Below are positions 48,420 through 61,282 of a DNA stretch of 64,000 nt, one piece after another. The translations under genes were made by a program, and so were the position numbers. Origin of the DNA: Octopus vulgaris (taxonomy: Eukaryota). The notes under the pieces are model-generated. The model worked only from the letters and a program-made list of their open reading frames with translations, was not told where the DNA came from and searched no databases. How positions within the stretch are numbered: the stretch's first letter is position 1; each line of letters starts with the position of its first letter. The DNA lies in the NCBI GenBank assembly GCA_951406725.2, contig OX597818.1, positions 63,736,001 through 63,800,000 of the forward strand. The letters are read 5' to 3'.

Positions 48420-49135
48420 GACACAGTATGCACACACCCAGTCTAGAGGCGGAACGAGCGCTGAGTACAATTGAACACAAGAAACCATGGGATAGAATGA
48501 AGTTTGAGTCCAAGAAATCCAGGTCTACGGGGATCTGGGGAGGCAAATTGACAAACAAAATCGTGCTGCAACAGCAAGGAGAAAATAATCCGTCAATAGA
48601 GGGAAATCCACTCAAATGCCTTGCAAAGAGTTTTTACAATTTCCTTTCTGGCCTATCGAATGACATTTATGCTCAGAAGCAGGCTGAGAGGTGGCTGCCG
48701 AGGAGGGGAAGATCAGGGCTTCCTGGGAAATAAAAGGCACGGTTCTACCGAAAATGACTGCTCCCAATATTCACATGCAACAATGGCTTGTTCAATCTTA
48801 CGAGTACAAATGCGTCATGGAGTGGGTTTCGATAGGGTAACGTGGAGAAGAGGACATTGATGACTTTTTCCCAGTAGAGATTATATGTATGAGATTCTCT
48901 GCTCTTTCACTATTGAGGATGCTTACAGCTGTTGCAATGAGAGGAAAAAGTGAAATGTGATGGAAGAGCACCGTGTAGGAAGTGGAGCAAGACGGAGGAG
49001 TTGAGCCGGAAGCCACAAAGAAATCACAACTTCTGATTTGGTCATTTCTGCGGATGCACCAACAAGAGGTTGGCATGTTTCAGGGTCAAAAACTCCTGAT
49101 GCTCATTGGACACCGTCTATTGACATCCTACTGAT
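48420..49135 (+). mobile_element. Internally deleted HERO/R2-group (RLE) non-LTR retrotransposon relic
   Basis: WDRMKFESKKSRS..GK...QGE.NPSI..NPLKCL...WL...RSGLPGK (RT C-part), then FPVEIICMRFSALSLLRMLTA (RLE PVEVGCRGF-like), then 3' UTR. Confidence 0.75.
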
Positions 49136-49232
49136 CAATACACCATTCTAAGTGTTATCAACAACGCGCGCGCAAACGCATAATCTCGCACACGCACACA
49201 CACACACGCACTTACATATACACAAATATACG

Positions 49233-49297
<65 letters not shown>

Positions 49298-49451
49298 CAC
49301 ATATACATATACATATACATACATACATACATATACATATATATATATATACATATATATACGTACATATATATACACATACATACATATAATATATATA
49401 TACATATATATACATACATATATGTGTATTTATATGTGTATGTATATGTGT

Positions 49452-49494
<43 letters not shown>

Positions 49495-49760
49495 TTTATA
49501 TATATATATATGTGTGTGTGTTTGTGCGTTTTCTTATTTTGATACCTTTACGTATTAACCCATCTCTTATAAGTTATTAATGTTCTGAAGGAGAAATATA
49601 GACTTTCTAGTTACTTAAATCTAGAAGACTTTATTATAACATACCCATGATAAAGTACAAATGTTTGTTTATATTTGCATGTGTGCACATAGCTAAATGT
49701 GTGTATGTATCTGCGCACAACTTATATTTCCGATTTTTTTCTCTGATTGTTATGTATTAA

Positions 49761-50525
49761 CAGGGTGCGTGAGATAATTGAGGGTTTATGTTTATAGAAA
49801 ATAGATATATAATAACAGATTATATCGTTTTAATCAAAAAATTGTCATGGTACAAATAAACATTCTTTTCTATAATGTTATTCAATAAAGCCACCTTCAG
49901 CATCAACAACTGCTTCTAGTTTGAAACCATCTAAAAGCTCTAATCAAGTGGTCCTGGTTCATTTGGGACGTTACTCAGTCTATAGAAGATTTCAAAGAAT
50001 CTTTGCTGTTATGTGCGTTTTTATTGACATCTCTCTCAAAAACACTCCAGATTTAATAATCCAGTTGATTGAGATTTGGGGAATTACGAGGCCAAATTTT
50101 AGGGGTTATTTGATCGGGAAAAATTTTCAATCGGAGTCATGTGTCATAGTGTAGAGCCTTATTGAAACACATATGGCCTCCCTTTGCATACAAACTCTAC
50201 CCAGGGCTTTACAGTTATTTCCAGCATCCCAATGTGGGCGGCAGAATTTGCCGTAAAGGCTTGTGGAAAGAAGTAAGGAGGCATTACATGCCATTCATTG
50301 GTGATAACATCTAAAACCATGACAGATACAAGGAGTTTTGTATGCATAACACTTGGAACTTCAGAAGGGTTTGCACATAACCATCTGTCATTTCCTCTGT
50401 GATCTTAGTCGAAGTTTTTCTCGTTTGAGAAAAACGAAATCAAATCTTCTGCTTTTTAAGAATCATTTATATCTGATGTAATGATTTTCGTTTGCTTTTC
50501 CTTACAAATTGATCTTCCCTCATCA
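49761..50525 (-). mobile_element. Decayed Tc1/mariner-superfamily transposase, 3' half with one TIR
   Basis: FFSNEKNFD, SVMVL.VI..E.HVMPP, KPW...YVFQ, WPRNSPNLNQLDY; end cagggtg; contains stops and frameshifts. Confidence 0.85.
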
Positions 50526-50700
50526 TACAGAGCAGTTCCCTGCGGGATGCCCCATAAGATATGACTTTCCTCAGAAAGGGAACCATTTGCTACGACGACC
50601 TGATTTCTGTCTTTAAGCAAGATATGTAGCCACTCACCCAGTTTCGCAACAATACCAAAGTCCTTTAGCATATGAAGTATCATGCCGTGATCTACATTAT
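50526..50700 (-). mobile_element. CR1-clade RT fragment
   Basis: DHGMILHML...GIVAKLGEWL..LKDRNQVVVANG...GIPQGTAL. Confidence 0.8.
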
Positions 50701-51070
50701 CATTTCTGGATGGATCCAGGTGTTCTGGTGATTTCAGAGCCTTTAGAATGCTTTTTATGCTTTGATACTAGCTCCTTACAAAATTTGCAGACGAAAGATC
50801 TGGTAACTTTTATGAATCGAAATTTATAAATCGCTATGCACATCCTTTATAACCACAATAATAGCATGCGTCTTCATTTCTTGAGTAAACTGAGGTTCTG
50901 CCATTATTAATTTTTGAATAAAAGAGTTAGCAATGAACCAAAAACGTATGTCCTCAAACATCTTACGCATACTGTACATGTAATTTTGTATTTGTGTTTA
51001 TACCTTGCATTATGCAATGCCCTTAAAAACCCATTTACGCTATTAGGGTGCCTGATGTCATCAAGAGTAT

Positions 51071-51568
51071 GAACCATGTGGTTGGTAAGCAAGCTACTTA
51101 CCACACAACTACTCCTGATCCTATATATGTATATGTATAGATACATATATCGAGACACATAGATACACGTAGACACAGTATGCACACACCCAGTCTAGAG
51201 GCGGTACGAGCGCTGAGTACACTTGAACACATGAAACCATGGGATAGAATGAAGTGTGAGTCCAGGAAATGCAGGTCTTGGGTGATCTGGGGAGGCAAAT
51301 TGACAAACAATATCGTGCTGCAACAGCAAGGAGAAAATAATCCGTCAATAGAAGAAAATCCACTAAAATGCCTTCCAAAGAGTTTTTACAATTTCCTTTC
51401 TTGCAGAACGAATGACATTTATACTGAGAAGCAAGCTGAGAGGTGGCTACCGAGGAGTGGAAGATCAGGGCTTCCTGGAAAATAAAAGACACGATTCTAC
51501 CAAAACTGACTGCTCCCAATGTTCACTGCAACAATGGTTTGGTCAATCTTACGAGTACAATTGCGACA
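51071..51568 (+). repeat. Local copy of 48319-48817 (SINE A head and HERO fragment)
   Basis: Collinear high identity; flanked by a direct repeat at 50982-51071 and 51568-51657. Confidence 0.92.
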
Positions 51569-52108
51569 ATTTTGTATTTGTGTTTATACCTTGCATTAAT
51601 CAATGCCCTTAAAAACCCATTCACGCTATTAGGGTGCCTGATGTCATCAAGAGTATGGATATAAGTGCCATTGGATTCACTTCAGGAATTCTTTCGCCTA
51701 TCTAGCGATTTTAACGTACGAGAGAAAGAGAAAGAAAATGGGATTTAAGAGCTTTGCAATCGAAGCCGTTTCGTCATGAGTCTCATTTGGTACATGCAGA
51801 GAAGGTACATATTAAAATAGGAAAATAGGAAAATATTTTACATTTTGCTTTTTTTCTTTATCCCGCATTAGTTATTTGTTTTTTAACAAATAGGAATTGT
51901 ATAAGTATATGTAGAAGATTACCAATTTTCTTAACCAAATTACAAACATACATTTGATTGAGCTAATATAAGGCATTGCATATTAATCAGAAACCATATA
52001 TTTGAGAAGGATATAATGATGAAACATCACGATATTAGTAAAGTGACAGTGTCAAGACTGATGTATTATACATACACAGGAAATATGTCTGTGTATATAT
52101 ATATATAT

Positions 52109-52153
<45 letters not shown>

Positions 52154-52256
52154 AAGAAGGGAAAATAAACTCGTATGCACGCACACTTAGATACATTTGA
52201 GCAGCGGTGTGTGATTTCATGCTTATATATATATAAATCATATATAATATATAATT

Positions 52257-52468
52257 AATCAATATAGGGTGGCAAAAAAAAATTTTGTAGAATTCTTTTG
52301 CCACCAGCGGCCTAGTAGGAAAAAATTAAATAGTCATAGACCATTTTTAGGTTCAACATCAACAATCAAGGAACGGCCATAATAGGCCGTTCACCCACTA
52401 GAAATAACAGCAAAAGCTTCAACCGCAAGTAAAAGTCAATTCTGTAAACTAGGAGAAAATTTAAAAAA
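52257..52468. mobile_element. Second copy (single arm) of the 18840 repeat
   Basis: atcaatatagggtggcaaaa...ggagaaaatttaaaaaa. Confidence 0.9.
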
Positions 52469-53621
52469 GTGAAAGAATAAACTCGTATGCACGCACACTT
52501 AGATACATTTGAGCGAGCGTGTGTGTGATTTGCCATGCTTGATAGGTAAATGTGAATGATCAAATCAGTTTTCTTTATAAAAGTAATTTATAAAATAAAT
52601 ATATATATATATATATATATATATCTCTATATATTATATATGCATGTATGTAAGTATGTATGTATCCGTGCCTGAATGCTATATTCGTTTCATGTGCGTT
52701 GCTATGTTTATATGAATATAGGTTTGTGCATGCAAATAGGCTTTGGGTGTGACTTAATATATGCTAATTAGAAATTAGAAATTTCGTGTAGAAATCTAAG
52801 TATCTGTGATGCTATTTTGATATCAGTTGTTACCAAATGTCGAATTATGCAGGTGCTCTGTGTTGGATACGAGAACTTATACTAAACAATATATATCATA
52901 ATAACATTTGCTCAACAAGTATATATAAACGGTATATGAGTTGCATGGTCGTACTCAGTGCAAGTTTAATTGCTTCCTTCTTCCATGTTCCATTAATAGA
53001 AAATTGAATAAATCTTCTTATGTGCGCACTATCTACAATCCTTCAAGCAATTTATTTGCGTAACGAACGTGTCTAGATGTGAAGATCGATGTCTCACATA
53101 ATGTTTGCTAGTGCAGTCATCTTTGCATGAAAATATGTACATATATAGTTTTAGTTCTCATACATAACTAGACTGAACGACACTAACTTAGCACGTTTTT
53201 ATCTTTGATAAGGATATTTATATATATCCGTATATGTTATGTGACTTTAACTCCAGTTCGACTTCTATAACAATATAATATGATGTATTCTTTTTTCCCA
53301 CTGAGGAGAATAATAATATGCAATTAATTAAATTATGATTAAATCAATTTCTAATTTTTTAGCTTGTTATTTACAAGTTAACATTACCGTACGAAACGCT
53401 CGTATGCATGGATTAAATTCCTTTTATACTTTTAACACCTTTTCTTCTCCAACTTTAATTGCTTCTATAGGATATGTGTTCTATAAATACTCATAACACA
53501 CCTTATACTTGTAGCACTTTCGTATTCGGAAAGGAAGCTAACAATGTAATGTGAAGAATATTTACTAGAAATCGACCTTTGGATCCGCGCAAAGTAAAGG
53601 ATGTAATAGAACGCAAAATCT

Positions 53622-53682
<61 letters not shown>

Positions 53683-53960
53683 GGGAATAACTTGTAAGTG
53701 GACATCCATTATGCTAGAAGTAGATCAGCTATCATCTAACCACTAAGAAAAGAATGTTCTCAAGAAAATTTATTTTGTATCTTTTCATTTATCTTCCTCG
53801 CTTGCGTTCTGGCGTTTGCTAAATTTTCTTATAGTATGACATTAAATGGTTAAATACAACTGAAAGTGACTTGTGAATGTAGTGGTGATACAATTCATGA
53901 GGCGTCTCTTTTGAATGTATTATTTATAAAATATGCGAAGGTGTTATTCTAAACAGCATA

Positions 53961-53994
<34 letters not shown>

Positions 53995-53999
<5 letters not shown>

Positions 54000-55355
54000 A
54001 ACAAGAATGACTCCGGCAATTTGGTACGATCGTTTCGTACTACATCATTTTATTAAATGTTGTAAGTATTACAACAGATTTAAAATGCCGAGTACTCAGC
54101 AGCCAATTATAGAAGTTTTCCATTAATACAAAAATTTTCACATCAAGTGGCAACATTATAGAGAAGGTAGATATATAGACAAAGATGTGGCTGTAAATTT
54201 TAAGAACATTTGAGGTAGTGGAGCCCATCAACTGACTGACCACGATTTGGTTGATCCAAACTACTGTAGGGTTGTGAGAAGGAAGAATAAGTTGAAGGAG
54301 ACAATAAAGATTTTCTAATTATAGAAATGGGGAAAGGGGGTTTCAGAGCTCCATATAAGGAATTTATGTGGAAGACAGAATTGTCACTACTAAATACGAA
54401 TTACTACTATTTGATGAACAGATTCGGCGTTAGGAGAGCTAGATCAATGTCAAGTGGTCACAATCCCATTCACAGAGAGTGCAAAGACCTTACAAACCCT
54501 ATGCACATCAACACAACAGTTGGTCTATAGAATCAAGGAAAAATATAAATCTAAAATTTATTCAATTTGGAGAAAAAGACTATCACTTATTATGAGTAGG
54601 CATAGTACCTATTAACTGGGGAAAATCTTATTAATCAAGTGAACCTATTATGGGTTAAAATATATACTAAGAAAGATGGAAGAGGGAAAAATCAAAGAAA
54701 GAAGATTTAGAAGAATGTAATATTTTATAATGTGAGAGGAGGTAATTTAGAAGTGTAACTTATTCAAATTTTATGGATGGTGAGTTGATATTAATGAATT
54801 AAAAAATAGGATCTATTGGGGATAAAATTTACTACCTGCGGATAAAAGTTAATTAGTTAGGTAAAAATATATTAGGTTAATTATATATTAAGAAATGAGA
54901 TTGTGATAATGGGGATGGACCAAATAGTTACCCTAGGGACATAGGATTAATACTACTTAGTATTAGAGAACATTATAAAAATAAGAATCTAATTCTAAGT
55001 TTATAATGAAGTTCTTCAATCATATATTAGTATTAAACTAAAACCAGTATGGTATATTCGTTCCTATTTGGTTAAATATATATTTTGTAAAGATATCTTA
55101 GACTAATTATATATTAAGAAATGGAAGTGAGGTAATCAAGGTGAACCGAATAGTTTCTTTAGTGACATAGGATTCATACTATTTAGTATTCCTACTATTT
55201 GGGATTCATACTATTTAGGATTCTAACTATTTAGATTAATGCAGTTTAATTTTAGGAAAACGAATTCAATTTTAAGTTTGCAGTGAAGTTTTTTTAGTCA
55301 TCTATGAATGTTAAATTGAAAGCCAGCATGGTATATTCCTTCTTATTTGATTATA
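53995..55355 (-). mobile_element. Decayed Penelope-like element 3' part with internal tandem duplication
   Basis: HHR at 54019-54107; weak minus-strand NIPYWF.FNTNI..KNF similarity to the PLE post-RT region; 54881-55078 is repeated at 55107-55355. Confidence 0.5.
54019..54107 (-). ncRNA. Type I hammerhead with long stem II and A6C core change
   Basis: ttgg-CTGCTGA-gtac...tgttgtaa(tac)ttacaaca...gtac-GAAA-cgatcg-TA|ccaa. Confidence 0.75.
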
Positions 55356-56383
55356 AAGAATTAAAATTTGAAAAATATTGGAATATTCATAAAATTATTA
55401 TTTAAAGTATTTAAACGTTCGGGTCGTACGATGTATATAAGAATATCTCAGCTCCAAACGGTTATTCAACAGATTTGTATTACTCTGATGTTTCAAAATT
55501 TCATAAGTTTCCATAGAACAAAGTTGACAACAATTCCTACTATTTGTATAAGATTTCACCCTTCTTACTATATCCCATTTTAGGTTGAATTCTATATTAT
55601 TTGTTTTTAGTTCCCAAATTTTGCTAGATAATGTTGTGCGACCTGCCTTATGTTTGAGCCTAAAAGAGGAAAAATGATTGCTTAAGACGTTGTTTAAAAT
55701 CTACCGAACAACCGAAATAAAGAAAGCTATTATTAGAAGTTATAATCGTGCATTTATAAATTACGTTTTGGACCAAATATATATATATATATACATAAAC
55801 ACACAGACATATATATGTATGTCGTCAAAATATTCATTGTTGGAAAACAACCGGCAGCTAGAGTGGAAGGTGACACAGTTTGTAAGCATTAGTTTAAATT
55901 TCCTGCTCCCAAATTTTCTTTTCCATTTGAATTTCATGAAGAATTATAACTATATATAGCTTTCTCTACAAAACCCAAATTAGTAAATTATTTGACTCTA
56001 ATAGCAATAATGGATTAGATTCATAGCATATTAAATTCTCTATGGTACTAGATCAATAAATAGCCTAAGATCGACCGAGATATTCCGAGCACTAATATGT
56101 TGTCTGATTGACCACATAAATTAGCTTATAACTGATGCACTGCTTTTTTGAGCACAAAATAGGAATAATTCTTTTAGCATGGCGATCACTGAAAGTTATT
56201 CTTGCTGTGGCTCATGCAAAACATCTTTGGATTTATCACATGAATTAATTTCAGTTCAGTTATTTAATTATTTCCCAAAATTGTTATAAATGATGCTGAA
56301 AATATTATAGCTCCGTGTCTGTGCTATTTTATACTCAGGAATTGTCGTTTTTTCTTTTCTGTGTTTCTTCTGATGCAAACCAC

Positions 56384-56672
56384 ATTATATTAAATACAGC
56401 TTCATTCATCTTACAAGTTTTCCCGATTAAAATTCAGTCATATTTGGGCTACACATTGGAAGGGATTTGGTTGTATTAAGTTCACAAAGTATCTAATTTT
56501 AACGCAGGTATATAATCTGATAATTTTAGTCTGCATTGTTATATTTCGAAATACTGCTAATGGGCATACATCATATGTTTTCGGTGAATCATATATTTTG
56601 CACTGTGTTGTTACACATCTCGGCAATTTTAAATGTAAAGGTATTATATTCACTTTGGGCGAGGTTAATTTT
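56384..56672. repeat. Inverted duplication, arm 1
   Basis: Reverse complement of 58931-59219; near-identical translations in the ORF track. Confidence 0.95.
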
Positions 56673-57164
56673 CTCTGCAAATATTTAATCTCGTGGTCAA
56701 GAGATGTATCACTATATGAGATACCGGATAATGTTTTTATCTGGAAACATATAATTCCCTTAAAAATATATTTGAATTATTCCCTAATCTATGGTGCCTG
56801 TTTCCAATCATTTTCACTGTTACAGTAGCAGATTGATGATAATAATCGCAGAAAAATGCAGATAATGATATTGGCGCTGATGACAGACATGTCTTGTTCT
56901 TGTATATTTAAACAGAAATCGGTGTCAAAAATGAGTAAAAATATGTTTACCCAAATATAATTTAATATATTATGAAATAAGTCGTCTGTACTAGCAGGGC
57001 GGTCCTATGCAAATACCTATCAGGCAAACATTGCAACTTATCATGTACATATGTACATACACACATGCGCGGACACACACACAAGCATACATACACTTTA
57101 TGAGAGGGATTTACTCGCTCTCTTTCTATCTATACATATATCTCTCAATCTCTCTCCCTTTCGC

Positions 57165-57215
<51 letters not shown>

Positions 57216-57497
57216 TATCTAGTTAGTCTCTTCTATGTCAACGTGCCAAATTATAGACAACATCGTAAGTAGCCGTACGCACGAAGATTTCAATCACGCT
57301 CACAAACGGAGTTAAGCAGGCACATACGCTACGTACACGCTAACATACGCACATATAATTATATATAGATATCTATGTACGGGTACACATGTATATGTAT
57401 ATCTATCTATATATCTATCAATCTGTCTGTCTATATATATATATATATATATATATACATACACATATAGATGTGTATATAGACATGAATACATATA

Positions 57498-57573
<76 letters not shown>

Positions 57574-58930
57574 TATATAACGCATATATCTTAAATTCAC
57601 ACCCATACGCACTCATATCTATATGTATGGTAAGAATTTAAAAATAAATATGTATATATTTGTCGTAGAGATTCAATTTGAAAAACGAAAATAGCGTATT
57701 TATGATATCCAACTTTTTTACAGCCAGAAGCTAAATACATTTCTTTCCTTCCTTAATACGAGTTTACTGGGCCAATAAACAGCATTTACCACTATCCCAC
57801 ATCCAGACATCTTTTTTTTCAGATTTAGCTCAAATAACTTGTTTTGCGGCTGGCTTACTATATTTATGAAATTAAGATTTATATATGATGGAAATTATGG
57901 TAATTATATTTTCTATTATATATAATACGAAGAAAATTACTATGTATTTGAATAAAACATGGTTATATTCACGATTTCCATTTATAATATGCATTAATAT
58001 GAAAAAATACCGTGCATATATAGAAACCTAACTGAATTTTCTAAGAACTCTCCCAACTCGTGTCATCATATTTAAAGATACGTGATGTAGACACATTGTA
58101 ACAATTTTCTTATAAACATACAATGCAGTACTTCATTTAATACATGCATAAGCATTCATAAACTGCTATTCAAAATCCAGCGGGTCCAGTATTTATTGGC
58201 TCAAAAAATATATATTTGTGTGCGTTTGTTTGTGTGGAGGAGCGTCTGTGTACGTATGAAACGTAAATTTATGTGTTGCTTAGTGCATTGCATTTTTCGT
58301 TAAACATAATGGTTTGCCGCGTTATTGTGTAATATCTTAATACTTTTGTAGGCCGCATCTGTCCAACGCTACAAAACTAACACAAGCTCATAGGAAACGT
58401 TTCAATCAGAATCGTTTTCAGTTGAGATATTATTCGTCATAGTTGAAGCTAATCTTCGGGTTTTAATTCAAACTTTGCATGCTTGCTAATTAAAGATGTT
58501 ATTAATATGTGTCCAGAAATCTTCCCACAAGTCTATTAGGCCGAAAAGTTTTCTCCTCCTTACTTTTTAATACAATTTTAGTTCTGAGAAATTCAGAATC
58601 AAGTCTTGGTACCAATAGCCTCCACTTTAATCAATTGATATTACATCTCCTGCAAGCGATACTAATGTGTAAAATAAAACGCTTCCTTCATATCTTACAT
58701 TACAGCAGTCACAGTGAAGTTGACCGTAGGAAAAGCCGATACCTCCATATTTGCTATTTCAACCTGGTGGTTTTGGAAAAATTATGTGTACTCAGTTTGT
58801 CATGCTGGAAAATACATAAATACTCTGCAGACACTAATTTAAATAATTGAGCGCATTTATATGTCGACAATATGCTGTTCGTCTCTTGCATGGATTCGTG
58901 TTTGCAGTGAGAGAAATTATCAGGAGGGAT

Positions 58931-59219
58931 AAAATTAATCTCATCCAAAGTGAATATAATACCTTTACATTTAAAATTGCCGAGATGTGTAACAACACAG
59001 TGCAAAATATATGATTCACCGAAAACATATGATGTATGCCCATTAGCAGTATTTCGAAATATAACAATTCAAACTAAAATTATCAGATTATATACCTGGG
59101 TTAAAATTCGGTACTTTGTGAAATTAATACAACCAAAATCCTTCCAGTGTGTAGCCCAAATATGACTAAATTTTAATAGTGAAAACTTGTAAGATAAATA
59201 AACCTGTATTTAATATAAT
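58931..59219. repeat. Inverted duplication, arm 2
   Basis: Matches 56384-56672. Confidence 0.95.
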
Positions 59220-59465
59220 CTTCTTGGGACACTGATTATTTTCGCTTTACAAATATGTTTCGAAAATATTATATACGGCTGTTTATTTTTGTTTGTTTCG
59301 CGTAGCCTTCCCAATGCTACTGAGACCTGGGTGTAACGCATTTCCTTTAATCGTGTAGTCCCCCCCACCCCAAATGTTCTTAGCTATTTAGCTGAAAAGA
59401 AAAACTGTTTTAGCAGTTGTCACTGTTTTCGAAAAGTATGCCTTCAGTTGTCGGGCGTCTTAACA

Positions 59466-59537
59466 TTGTTGTTGTTGTTGCTGCTGTTTTAATTATTATT
59501 ATTATTACTATTATTATTATTATTATTATTATTATTA

Positions 59538-59607
<70 letters not shown>

Positions 59608-59647
59608 CATTATTATTATTATCATTATTATTATTATTATTATTATC
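59466..59647. repeat. (TTG)n followed by long (ATT)n
   Basis: Seen directly. Confidence 0.97.
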
Positions 59648-60511
59648 CGATGTCTCTTACTAACACAGATGGTTTTCATTAGTACAGGATTATAATTTCG
59701 CAAATGATGTTTGAGAGTGAATTGTCCTTGCTAATTATATTAATTCATGCAATCTAACTTTGAGTTAGTTCAAATGGAATGAAACACGTTTAGCTCCATG
59801 CCCACAGAGAGGAATCTTTATATAAAATACAATTTGATTATATCTTTTGGTGGGGTTTCTCTGCTATTGATTTGATATTTTAAGAAATTGTGCCTGCGAA
59901 TTTATTCTTAAAATTTAGTCATTGCTATGTTGCTTCTTTGAAAGTTTGAATCCTTCCAGCTATTTCGCTTTCAGGTTGTTAATTACATGCACTGATTTTG
60001 TTTTTACCTGAATGTTTGCGGTATCTTCAATAATTGCCATAATATGAAGAGTTTCTAAAAAGTTCCAATAATACTTCACGTGAAGAATACATTATTTGTT
60101 TTAGTTTTCCTTTACATAATCTAAAAAATATTAAAACAATTTTAATCATTGCAATACTTCTGTTTGGTAAAACAGTTTAGAAGATGTCCATGAAATCTTC
60201 ACCAAAAATTTATTACATTTTAAACTACAAATAACAGTAAGACACTGAACGTGCGCTTAAATTTGCGGTGAATTTTTCCAGAATAGGCTCTATAGAATCC
60301 TGGAAGATATGAAATTAATAAGCGTCTACAAAATACTTTGCGAATTTTAGAGATGAACGTACACAGCTTTAAGAATTGAAGAGAAGAGCACTTTGAACAG
60401 ATTGGCCAATAGTATTACAAAATTAGCTAAAAGAATATCTGAATGCGATATATCGTCACAAATGAAATAAAAAACAATAAAGTTGCTTCTCTTACATTTA
60501 ATACTCTACAT

Positions 60512-60825
60512 CATAGGTACTCAAAGTGTGTGCTACCTCCCATCGGTCGGTGTTGGGACGGTCCAGGTGGGCGCTGGTGCCCAAGGGGTGGTAGAAAAAA
60601 GGAGAAATCGGGAGGAAAGCAGTTGATTGGGAGGACACTTTGAATTTATCATAATATTATTATAGTATTGTATACAAATTATGTAATATATGAAATATCA
60701 AAAGATTCATAGTATAAAGTAGTAAAATATAAAATATTTATTTATGCATAAAAATAGGGGTGGGTCGCTGATGGTAACATGTGGCCATGACGGGGTCCGT
60801 GGCGCAGAAAGTTTGAGAACCTCTG
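60512..60825. mobile_element. hAT (Charlie-type) MITE
   Basis: TIRs cataggtactcaaagt / agtttgagaacctctg; perfect 8-bp TSD ctctacat at 60504-60511 and 60826-60833. Confidence 0.9.
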
Positions 60826-60924
60826 CTCTACATTATATACGGAGACACAACTGTGTAAATAGGGCAATAAACATGCCAGTGTTCAGACTATTGTCTTGTA
60901 AAAAAAAACTTGAGGAAGCAAATT

Positions 60925-61088
60925 GGTTCTGAGTTCAGTTTCCGCCGAGGTCGACTTTGCCTTTCATCCTTTCGGGGTCGATTAAATAAGTACCAGTTAC
61001 GCACTGGGGTCGATATAATCAACTTAATCCGTTTGTCTGTCCTTGTTTGTCCTCTCTGTTTAGCCCCTTCTGGGTAGTAAAGAAATAG
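60925..61088 (+). mobile_element. SINE family B, 5'-truncated
   Basis: gttctgagttcag...gtcgactttgcctttcatcctttcggggtcg...gtagtaaagaaata. Confidence 0.9.
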
Positions 61089-61142
61089 GTATATAGAATA
61101 CAAAGTAACTAACAACCGTAGTTTTAAAAAAATAAATAATAA

Positions 61143-61282
61143 GCGCAGGCGTGGCGCTGTGCTAAGAAACTTACTTCTCAATCACATGGTTCCAGGTTCA
61201 GTCCCACTTAGTGGCACCTTGTCTACTATAACCTCGCGCTGACCAAAATCTTGTGAGTGGATTTGGTCGACGGAAACTTAAA
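61143..61282 (+). mobile_element. Family A SINE 5' half
   Basis: gcgcaggcgtggc...ggttcagtcccact...gtgagtggatttgg. Confidence 0.8.

Noticed and set aside
48389-48733. Duplicated ~100-aa ORFs (also 51180-51485) as a novel gene pair
   Set aside because: They are fragments of a HERO-like RT, copied locally.
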